From positions 1 through 31,830 of the forward strand of contig NIVC01003931.1 of assembly GCA_002269645.1 (NCBI GenBank): 31,830 nt of DNA. Reading direction: 5' to 3'. The first letter of the stretch is position 1, and each line of letters opens with the position of its first letter. The DNA is from Macrostomum lignano (Eukaryota). Below are positions 8,669 through 17,860 of the stretch, in pieces. The position numbers were made by a program, and so were the translations under genes. Below the pieces are notes generated by a model that saw only the letters and a program-made list of their open reading frames with translations, ran no database searches and had not been told where the DNA came from.

Positions 8669-11600
8669 AGGCGTATTCAGCATGCCAGTGAAGTATGAGA
8701 CAGACTAGGCCCATGGGCTAAGGTCTGCGATGCTTCACGCCTGCCCCTATCTTCAGCAGGTCAAGGCTGGTGGGAGGTCTGCACCCTCTATTTGCCTCTG
8801 GCAGCCGCAGACCCCCCCCCCCACGCTGTCTCGCAAGTCGACCCAGGGTACTCGTCCCCGCGTGTGTTCAAGGCAGTCCCTAGGGCTGCTGGACAGACTG
8901 GGCTCCGGCGCTGGCGACCCTATCCAGTGGCTTCGGCCGAATTTGGGTATGCGGGTCTGGCTCGCCAACCTGCAGGCCGTGGTACTGCTCAACGTACTCT
9001 CTAATGCCTAAGGTGTTGACCGTGCCGATGGGCTGGAAGGCCGGGGAGTAGTCCGGTCGCAAGCGGTCCCCCTCCTGGTGTCGGGCCAGCCTTGAGGGTG
9101 TTATTGGCCTACTGCCCGGTCAGGTGGAGCGGCCGGGTGGGTACCGCGCCCCTTTGAGGGTAGCCCACCAACCTTTTATCATGGCCTTCGAGCCGACTAT
9201 GGATAAACAAGCTATTTCTAGGGACGGGGACCCTTCTAAACCCCAACCTCAGTCCGAAGGACCGGCCGGCCCTGCTGGCAGATCCCAACCGACTGATTCA
9301 ACTGTGGCAAAGGAAGGACCGGCTGGCTCTGCTGGCAGATCCGACCAGAGCTACCAAACTCAAAATACCCAAAGACCTGCCAGCTCCGCTGGTGGATCTA
9401 AGGGAACCGCGAGCTCTGAGCCTAAAGGACCGGCCAAATCTGGCAGATCCGATGAAGCTCAGCGGGCTCGGCTTGAGCGCAAACGCGCTAAACAACGCGC
9501 CAAAAGGCAGGCCAAGAAGGGAGCTGCGGGGGCCAAAGCGGCGGCGTCCACCATGGATGCTGAAGCGACTGGAGTCCCAAGGCAACCAGGCGGGCCGGCC
9601 GGTGGAAGCTCCAGTAGTTCAGCGGCGGCGCTCCCTGGAGCTGCTGCCGCGGCTGCTGAGGCCGAAACCACGGCGCAACAAATGGCCACTGCCAACAAGG
9701 AGGTTCCTTCGGGAGCTACCTTTGCGGCGAAGGCCAAGGCCAAAATCCCGGGAGTGATCATCCAAGGTCGCGACCAGGACTGGACCACTGATCAGCTTCA
9801 AAAAGTGTGGAGTGCTGTTGACTCCTATCTGATTGAGCTGACTGTCGAGGAGGGAATCTCCATCGGCGTTGAGCGGATGGTGCTGCGAAGCACATTCGTT
9901 CTTATTGCTCCTAGCAGCGAGGAGGACGCTCGGCGGCTGCTCCAGCGGCTACCGACGGTCTCCTTGGATGCTGACCTTGGCGGAGCTCTTTTTCTTCGCG
10001 AGGGCCAGCGTCCAAAGACGATACCCTATGTGGTTTTCGTCCCTGCTAAGAGCACCGCAGCTGGACCAGACGTTATTCGCCGGGTCCTACTGCGTCTGAA
10101 CCCCGACCTCCCTGCTAGTGGACTGGTGTATCACCGTAAAGTCCGCAGGGGGGAGACGGGCAACTCAATTGTCCTCGGCCTTTCCAGCACTTGGGCGAGT
10201 CGGTACCCTAATGGATCCTCTTTCCAGCTGGGTGCCCTCAAGCTCAAGTTGCGCCGAGGAAAGTCTGCCAAAGGGAAGGCTACTGCCAACCCCGGCATCT
10301 CCGGCAAGAGCGGGGCGCAGTCTAAGGCCCAAGGAAAGGCGCAAGCCGATCCCAAAGCCAAAGCTGCATCTCGCCCCTCTGCTAGCAGCAGTTCGGCGAC
10401 CGCGGTAACGGCTCCGGCCGAGCCCCGGGAACCAAACCTGCCAGTCGGAGAAGGAGTTGAGGACGAGGCCGGGTCTTCGGAATCCGAGCTCTCCTCGGCC
10501 ACCTTGGTGGGGTCTGAAGGTAAAGATGCAGGTGAGGAAGCTTCCTCCATCCTGTCATCGGAGCCTGAGGACTCTGCTGGGGGGCCGGTGGGGGTGAGGA
10601 GGCCATGGACGTCGACCAACTCCCATCTCCCAGTCAAGCCCCAGCGGCCTGGGACGAGGACGATCTGTTGTCCAAGTCTCCTTGATGGCCCTGGGCTCTA
10701 GCCAGATATTGCATTTAATACAGTATGACTAAGCTCCACGCTGCCAAAGGAGCGACATTCTGTCTGCAAATAAATTTACAGCATTGCGTATCTGCGTCAG
10801 TAAATCTGATGAAGATTGCTGAGCTGTACAGGCCAGGCCTCATCCTGATCCAGGAACCCTGGATGCGCAACGGTAAGTTGCCCAACATTCCCTCTGGCTA
10901 CTCTGATTTTTATGTGTGTGGCCCGGGGAACAGCCGCCCTAGAGCGGCTATCCTCGCTGCTAGCCATCTCCAGGCTTGGCTGAGGACTGATCTCTCTGAT
11001 GGAGACCTTTGCGTCATCCAATCTAATCATTTCTCTCCGCGTACGTGTCTTGTTGCCTCGGTTTATATCCCAGGCGACAGAGACCCTGCTCCCGAGAGTT
11101 TACTGCGCCTTGCGCAGTACTGCGAGTCCCAGAACGCTGAGCTGTGCTTAGGGGGCGACCTCAACGCGCACCACAAGCACTGGGCAGCAAAGATACCAAC
11201 ACTAGAGGAGAGGAGCTTCTGGCCCTCATCTCTAACACAAACCTCATGCTCTGCAACCGCGGCAGCACTCCTACCTTTAATAATGGCAGATGGACCGAGG
11301 TCCTCGACGCCACACTCGTTACCCCAAGACTCTTTGACAGAGTCAAGGAGTGGAGAGTCTGGTCTGAGGAGCCCTCCCTGTCTGACCACTGCTTTATCGC
11401 CTTTAATATCGCGGACACTAAAACCCAGTCTCCGATCACTTGGAGACGCAATATCCGCAACAGTGATTGGGCGGCCTACAAGGCTGCCCTTGATCTGCAC
11501 CTGCAGGAACTCACGGACTTACGTCCGATTGAGACCTGCGAGGATGTGGATCATATGGCTGAGACGCTGACAGGTTGCATTATTGCAGCCTACGAAGCGG

Positions 11601-13336
11601 CTTGTCCTGCTCGCGCCTACAGAGGCAAGACCTCGGCGCCGTGGTGGAACCCGGAGCTGGGGAAACTCAGGCGGAAGGCCAAAAGCCTTCATCGCCGTGC
11701 CATGAAGACCGGAAACCCGGAGGACATGGAGCTTTTCCGGCAAGCCTCCCGCAATTTCAAATCTGAAGTGCGCAAGGCCAAGGAATGTAAGTGGCGCCAA
11801 TTCTGCAATGAATTGGATCAAGACAGACCTACTTCTAGGCTTGTCAAGGCCCTTACAATGGACAAAATGTCCAAATTAGCCATGATCAAAAAAGATGATG
11901 GCTCTCTTACTAAAGACCCTGAAGAAGTGCTTCAGCATATGCTTAGCACATTCTTCCCGAGGGTACCTACTGCTAGACCGGAGCCCAACCATTCGATGGA
12001 TGGAGCCACCCTAGCGGCGGGCATTGTCACTGAAGACCTAATCGCTCGTGCGGTCAGAACCTTCAAACCCTTCAAATCTCCTGGACCTGATGGTATCTAC
12101 CCTGTTCTCCTTCGTGAAGCAGCCAAGATACCCTCGTTCCTGAGACTCACCCGCAATCTTATGCGGGCCTCTATCCAGCTGGGATACGTTCCCAAAAGCT
12201 GGACTGAAGCTCGAGTAGTCTTTATTCCCAAACCTGGGAAGGGTGACTACCAAAGCGTCAAGGCCTTCCGGCCAATTAGCTTAACGTCAGCAATGCTTAA
12301 GCTCACTGAGAGGCTTATTCTCTGGCGGCTGCTCTCCTGCGAGCTGACAGCGATGCCCCTCAGCAATAATCAGCACGCCTTCCGTACCGGGAGGTCGACT
12401 GACAGCGCCCTGCATGCGATTGTCGAAAAGATTGAACGGGCGGTACTGGGTGACGGTTACGCCCTGGCTCTCTTTCTTGACATTGTTGGCGCCTTCGACA
12501 ACGTTATCTTTGAAGCGTTTCAGAGGGCCCTTCAAAATCGCAAAGCTCATGCTACCCTCATACGGTGGATCATGTACATGATCTCCAACCGTACGGTCAC
12601 TGCCCAACTTCTTGGGCAAACTGCCTCCACCAGAGTCTGTAAGGGTGGACCCCAAGGCGGAGTCCTCACCCCGACGCTCTGGAACCTGGTCATGGACGCT
12701 CTTCTGAGTGACTCCCGACCTGACCCCGTCTTCAAAGTCGGGTATGCTGATGACGTCACGGCCATTGTGGCAGGACCGTCTCCCAGCACGCTCAGGGATC
12801 TGATGCAGAGCTTTATCCGCAAAGCAGAATCCTGGGCCAATGACAATGGTTTGGAACTCTCTGAGCCCAAAACCGTTGCCATTATGTTTACCAGCAGACT
12901 ACGCTGGAACATAAGTCCTCTGCAGCTCTACGGCAGAGATATTGCCTTCGCGCACCAGACCAGATGTCTCGGGGTCACACTTGACCACCGGCTCAACTGG
13001 TCCTTCCACGTGAAAGCAAAAGCTAAGCGTGCCTCAGCCATCCTGGCCCAGCTCCGACGAGCACTTGGCACTTCTTGGGGTCTATCCCCAAAGCGGCTTT
13101 GGTGGATCTATACTTCCGTAGTTAGACCTGCCATTACGTACGCCTCTGTTGTCTGGGTTAGCGCTACCCAGGTCAAAAGCCATGCAGACCTGCTCAACAC
13201 GATCCAAGGCAGAGCGTGTAGGCTCATCTGCAACGCCACCAGGTCCACGCCCTTTGCTGGCATGGGGGCCTTTCTTAATCTTCCGCCTCTTGACCTCTTC
13301 ATCAGGGGTGAGGCGGCTAGAACGGCTAGATCAGCC
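8669..13336 (+). mobile_element. LOA/R1-group non-LTR retrotransposon with 5' UTR, ORF1 and ORF2, 3'-truncated
   Basis: ~510-bp 5' UTR, ORF1, APE + RT ORF2. It ends at ...PLDLFIRGEAARTAR with no RNase H domain, tail or TSD of its own. Confidence 0.85.
9181..10701 (+). CDS. ORF1 (nucleic-acid-chaperone-like) of the LOA-like element
   Basis: Intact ORF, first ATG at 9181. K/A/S/P-rich N- and C-termini surround a globular core (IPGVIIQG...IRRVLLRLNPDLP...FQLGALKLKLRR) that by eye resembles DUF4780-type LOA ORF1. No CCHC knuckle. Confidence 0.8.
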   Translation: MAFEPTMDKQAISRDGDPSKPQPQSEGPAGPAGRSQPTDSTVAKEGPAGSAGRSDQSYQTQNTQRPASSAGGSKGTASSEPKGPAKSGRSDEAQRARLERKRAKQRAKRQAKKGAAGAKAAASTMDAEATGVPRQPGGPAGGSSSSSAAALPGAAAAAAEAETTAQQMATANKEVPSGATFAAKAKAKIPGVIIQGRDQDWTTDQLQKVWSAVDSYLIELTVEEGISIGVERMVLRSTFVLIAPSSEEDARRLLQRLPTVSLDADLGGALFLREGQRPKTIPYVVFVPAKSTAAGPDVIRRVLLRLNPDLPASGLVYHRKVRRGETGNSIVLGLSSTWASRYPNGSSFQLGALKLKLRRGKSAKGKATANPGISGKSGAQSKAQGKAQADPKAKAASRPSASSSSATAVTAPAEPREPNLPVGEGVEDEAGSSESELSSATLVGSEGKDAGEEASSILSSEPEDSAGGPVGVRRPWTSTNSHLPVKPQRPGTRTICCPSLLDGPGL

Positions 13337-13432
13337 CGCTACGTCGACCGCCTTTTTGAAGACGCGCAAGCACCCAGCCAGGCGGCCGGTGTGAAGCACG
13401 TTAGAGACCTAGCTCTGAAACGCGCGATTTGA
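10725..13432 (+). CDS. ORF2 (APE endonuclease + RT) of the LOA-like element; one frameshift at ~11181-11184; C-terminus fused in frame to the RTE tail
   Basis: APE motifs LQINLQH, LIQEPW, SVYIPG, GGDLNAHH, SDH. RT motifs WWNPEL, SPGPDGIYP, IPKPGK, FRPISLTS, QHAF, FLDIVGAFDN, GGPQGGVL, GYADD, LGVTLD. A 1-nt loss in a G run (TGGGC for TGGGGC) joins ORFs 10725-11570 and 11144-13432. Confidence 0.9.
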
Positions 13433-13477
13433 CGCACCCCCCTTTTGGCCACTCCCGTGGCTGGCGTGGGGCGCAAC

Positions 13478-13516
<39 letters not shown>
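13337..13516 (+). mobile_element. 3' end of the RTE-like element (C-terminal codons, short 3' UTR with hairpin, TAT tail)
   Basis: RYVDRLFEDAQAPSQAAGVKHVRDLALKRAI* continues RTR at 8660-8668 naturally as RTR|RYVD. Hairpin GCCAC-TCCC-GTGGC at 13448-13461, then (TAT)n. Confidence 0.7.
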
Positions 13517-13519
<3 letters not shown>

Positions 13520-13583
13520 GCTGAGTGCAAGTGGGGAAGTGCGTGAACAGAACTGCACCGATTGTAAATTCCGCTACGCTCAC

Positions 13584-13992
13584 CTGGACGATTGTAGACC
13601 TGCCGGTACACGGAGTTTCGATACGCCCCTCCACAGATTTGGGCCGTGTTGCCAGAGCATTCCATGTTGCAGTCGCTGTCGGCTGCCCTGCCGTGTCGGC
13701 CGTACGAGTTTCCGCAGAAACAAGAGCTTGAATACTGAACACCAAAGTAGCGGAATTTTCCATAGGCGCAGATTTCGCTGCAAAGCTGCACAGTCATGCT
13801 GCTGAGTTCGACTGTCCCCCCGGAGTTCCATGTCACTGAGTAGGGCCCGATGGTGGACCAGCCATTCAGACCGTTGATATCTCGATCTCCGGTGTCCACA
13901 AAGCAGCCTAACAGGCCGAATTCAGCGCCCAGCGAGTGGCCGAGAGCGATGCAGCAGCAGAGAATCAGCGGCAGAATTGACAAAGTCTGCAT
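13584..13992 (-). CDS. Exon 1 of secreted WSC + PAN/apple-like protein, copy A (212 aa when spliced)
   Basis: Signal peptide MQTLSILPLILCCCIALGHSLG. WSC motifs LGCFVD..RD, MTVQLCSEIC, YFGVQYSSSCFCGN, CNMECSGNTAQICGG..RNSVY. Donor CCAG|GTGAGC at 13584|13583 is phase 1 and matches the exon 2 acceptor. Confidence 0.9.
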
Positions 13993-14944
13993 GGTCAGAG
14001 CGGCTGTGGAGAGTCTTACGGAGACGGAATGTGCTTTCGCTTTTGTGCCTCTCGCCAGCTGCAGGACTGCGGGCTTTATGCAGCTTCCCAACTCATCTTG
14101 GGGTGGCGGCGTTGCGATGGCTGCGCGGAGGGGGGCGCAGCGTCGAGCCAGTCGATCCCGATGAATCCGAGCTTTGGATTGGCTTAGAGATATTCTTTGT
14201 TGTCTCTCTGTTGCTTTTTACTCTGAATTCAGAATCATGTTGCAAAGCGACAGAGACAACTGTTTGTTGTGCGATGCCTTGGGGAGGCTGGGTTGCTACC
14301 AGTGGCTGCTCCTCGATGCGTAGAATCTGAATGCAGCTTTCGGATTGTTCAAATGCATTTTTGCGTGAATTTTCTGTCTTCGTTTAATCCGTGAGTGTCC
14401 CATTGTCAGTGTCTTTCACTCTCAACTGTCTGATTTTTCTGCTGCTTTTGTTAGAGAAAGAGATGCAGATGTTTTGTATTCTCTGTTGATTTTCCTGCCA
14501 TTATTCACTTCTCACGCCATCATCCCATGCATTTTAGAATTCAATTTTAGCAAAATCTGAGCAAATTCGATTTTTCAACAATTTCAATCTCACGTCCATG
14601 TTTCTCTGAGGACTGCTCAGCAGGCACTGCACGGAATAGGGGCTCAAAGTTGACGAGCAAGTGCCCCTCGCTTTGAGATGGTGACGCTGTCCTCTGAATT
14701 TCAGTTTAGGTGCCTCTAATGAAGCTGTCAGATTGAGCAGTGGGTCTGGATGAAGCTGTAAGGCTGAGCAGCGGATCTGGATGAAACTGTGAGGCTGAAA
14801 AGTGGGTGGTTCTGGATGATTTAGTGAGGTTCAGCAGTGGGTCTGGATGAAGTCAAGTGGCTACCGTCATGACGGAATGACGCAATGTTACTGCTGGTTA
14901 CCGGGATGAGTCGGATGACGCAATGATCTTGAAAATGAAGTAAC

Positions 14945-15260
14945 TCAAATCATTTATAAACTCATAAATAAATTTGTGCAGAACCTTACGACTTATTATT
15001 AAAGACATCAATAAAGACTGTGTGGCTACTCAGTCTACTGCATGCATGTAAGTTTAACGTGAGAAAGCTAATGGATTCAGAAAACAAGAATGAAAAGCAG
15101 ATACTAAAACGATACAGGGACGGATCAAATGAAATTCAGTCAGTTTCTAAGAAAGGAATAAAAACGGAACCAGTGACTCTGAAACCGGCGTGCGTTAAAA
15201 GGAATATGAAGGGCAAAGTTTAAAATGTTCATGTAAATAAAAGAATCACATTATAGCAAT
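14945..15260. repeat. Duplicate of 31085-31395 (3' flank of the TTC21B-like gene)
   Basis: Shared blocks TAAATTTGTGCAGAACC, AAGTTTAACGTGAGAAAGCT, GATTCAGAAAACAAG, GGACGGATCAAA, AAAAACGGAA(C/T)CAGTGACT. Confidence 0.85.
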
Positions 15261-15397
15261 ATTTATCAGTCAGATTATGACATTTCAGGTAAGGTACACC
15301 GTTTGAGGAAAGTCAGGAAAATGAAAGCAAAGGCGAACATTCGCATTTTTATCTTTGATAATACGAAATTACGAAATTACAATTTATTGATCAATCT

Positions 15398-15440
15398 TCG
15401 CGCGACATGTTTCGCCGAACAATCGGCATCTTCAGGCAAG
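15398..15440 (-). ncRNA. Minimal type I hammerhead ribozyme motif (Penelope/retrozyme type)
   Basis: Minus strand reads CUUGC-CUGAAGA-U-GCCGA-UUGU-UCGGC-GAAAC-AUGUC-GCG. Core CUGANGA (15435-15429), stem II, GAAAC (15413-15409), palindromic ACAUGU stem III, GUC cleavage triplet (15406-15404). AATAAA follows ~15 nt downstream. Confidence 0.75.
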
Positions 15441-15560
15441 GCAATAATATATTTTCAGAGAGATGGTAAAATATTTAAAGTCTAGTAGGCCAAAAAGATT
15501 GTCAGTATGGGTAACCGAGTTAAATGGCCCTAAATAAGAGGCAAGCGCATGGGGTCAGAA

Positions 15561-17113
15561 CACCCTTAGATGGACACTCGCCCCTCTACCACTAAGTTGG
15601 ATGTTCATGGTGGGCTTTAGCTGTTTAATGTACAACGACTCAAGAGTAGACAACTTCACAACGAGTAGACAACTTGACTGAGATCAACATCTGCTAAAAT
15701 CTCATTATACACAATGCTTTTATATATAAAATCAAGCACCTCAATGCAATACTTACAACCGCTCATCTAAGGGCGATAAAAAAGGTCAAGCACCCCCCCC
15801 CAAATCCCCGTGAGATCAACATCTACTAAAATCTATCTAAACATAATGCCCTAACACCTAAGACCAACCACCCCATCGCAATACTTTCAACTTCCATATA
15901 CTAAAAATGGTCTGTCGGTATCTATCTTGGTATCTATCTAGTACTGATCTAAACGGGATTTTTCGCTTTTTTGTCCTAGCGGGATTTTATTGTTTTTTTG
16001 TCCTAGAAACTCCGGACGGTAAAAAATCGACATCCAACATCCAACATCTAACATCCAACATGCAACATCCAACATCCAACACCCAACACCCAACACCAAC
16101 ACCCAACATCCAACATCCAACACCCAACATCCAACACCCAACATCCAACATCCAACATCCAACACCCAACATCCAACACCCAACATCCAACATCCAACAT
16201 CCAACACCCAACACCCAACACCAACACCCATCACTCAACATCCAACACCCAACATCCAACATCCAACACCAAACATCCAACATCCAACACCCAACATCCA
16301 ACATCCAACATCCAACACCAAACATCCAACATCCAACATCCAACACCCAACACCCAACAACCAACACCCAACATCCAACATCCAACACCCAACATCCAAC
16401 ACAACACCAAACATCCAACACCCAACATCCAACACCCAACACCCAACATCCAACATCCAACACCCAACATCCAACATCCAACATCCAACACCCAACACCC
16501 AACACCCAATATCCAACATCTAACATCTAACATCCAACATCCAACACCCAACATCCAACACAACACCCAGCATCCAACACCCATCACTCAACATCCAACA
16601 CCCAACATCCAATATCCAAAACCCAACACCAACACCCATCACTCAACATCCAACACCCAACATCCAATATCCAACACCCAACACCAACACCCATCACTCA
16701 ACATCCAACACCCAACATCCAACATCCAACACCCAACATCCAACATTCAACACCCAGCACCCAATATCCAACACCCAACACCAGCACCCATCACTCAACA
16801 TCCAACACCCAACATCCAACATCCAACACCCAACATCCAACACAACACCCAACATCCAACACCCAACATCCAACACCCAGCATCCAACACCCAACACCCA
16901 ACATCCAACACCCAACATCCAACACCCAACATCCAACACAGCACCCAACATCCAACATCCAACACAACACCCAACATCCAACATCCAACATCCAACACCG
17001 AACATTCAACACAACACCAAACATCCAACATCCAACACCCAACACCCAACACCCAAAACCCAACACCCAACACCCAATGCAATACTTACAACCGCTCATC
17101 TAAGGGTGATAAA
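15561..17113 (-). mobile_element. Helentron/DINE-1-like non-autonomous element (candidate) carrying a satellite
   Basis: Perfect 12-bp inverted repeat CACCCTTAGATG (15561-15572) / CATCTAAGGGTG (17097-17108). A 39-bp end is duplicated at 15742-15780 and 17075-17113 (1 mismatch). The minus strand starts TTTATCACCC. No TSD seen. Confidence 0.5.
16030..17075. repeat. Heptamer satellite (CCAACAT/CCAACAC)n, ~1045 bp, with higher-order blocks
   Basis: Continuous 7-nt period. The interrupting block CAACACCCATCACTCAACATCC recurs at about 16225, 16580, 16632, 16686 and 16785. Confidence 0.97.
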
Positions 17114-17424
17114 GTAGAGAACCATAGTAGTAGTCGAACTGATGCTATTCGGGGCGACGGTTCTCGCCGTATTCCGGGATCAGGGGATTGGGACTTGACG
17201 AAATAACTATAAGTGTGGATCAAAGGTGATATCGTGGGTCAGTTTAATCAATGATTGAACTCGTGCTGATCCTATGGGGTGGGGGCTCGTCCAGGGTCAG
17301 GTTAATATCTGCGTCAGGTTATTTCCAAATTGGGGACTGGCCTAGCGGCAGATCGCGAAGGGTACTGGGAACATCAGGTGGGGAAGGAAACGAAGTATTT
17401 CAGATATCAGGCAAAATGAGCAGC

Positions 17425-17521
17425 TTATATAGAGCTGGAATCGCGTCTTATGCGCGTGGCTAGTGATGCACAAGACCTTGAACTGCCCTGGACCTCACCT
17501 GCCTAGCCCTACGTTGATTGG
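17425..17521 (-). promoter_or_regulatory. CCAAT box + TATA box pair (LTR/promoter-like)
   Basis: Minus strand AGCCAATCA (CCAAT at 17521-17517) and CTATATAAG (17431-17425), ~85 nt apart. Motifs only. Confidence 0.4.
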
Positions 17522-17860
17522 CTAATAGAATGTGGTTTGGAAGAGATGGCTTATGAGAGGGGGAGTTCATTTGGTGAGTTCCGGTTCAGTGATTTTGAAC
17601 AATGGAACGGAGGTTGAAGAAGGGGGAAAGAATGGGATTTGCGTAGTGATGAGTTATCTGATGAACCTTATGGCGGAAGGGGCCTGGATATCCAGGGTTC
17701 GGATCGCATTCGGCGTACTTAAACCGTCATTATTAAGGCGTTGGTTTGGCTATCAAATCATAATAATCAGCCTGGTTGATCTTCGTGACCTTAAAAGTCA
17801 TTAGCTTGTACATACACGCATTTTCTGTATTTGAGTAAGTTAGGTCTATTGTTAATACCA

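Larger units (their letters stand above)
7849..13516 (+). mobile_element. Composite non-LTR insertion: 5'-truncated RTE-like element containing a LOA-like element, with a (TAT)n tail
   Basis: TSD TATGCT at 7843-7848 and 13517-13522. The empty site is visible in the copy B intron (GCTAAACCATGGATGCTGTACTCAGTGCA, ~29428-29456). About 14 TAT units at 13478-13519. Confidence 0.9.

Noticed and set aside
8884-8950. Specific HDV-like ribozyme fold (GCUGGA/UCCAGU as P1, UUCG hairpin as P4)
   Set aside because: P2, P3 and P1.1 could not be placed canonically; kept only as a generic structured-leader finding.
13516-14091. 191-aa single-exon WSC ORF as given in the ORF track
   Set aside because: The signal peptide begins at the ATG at 13992, and a conserved donor at 13583 pairs with a downstream exon in both copies; the extensions differ between copies.
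15907-17099. Long ORFs such as (QHPTSNI)n and (MLDVGCW)n
   Set aside because: Artefacts of a stop-free heptamer satellite that is open on both strands.
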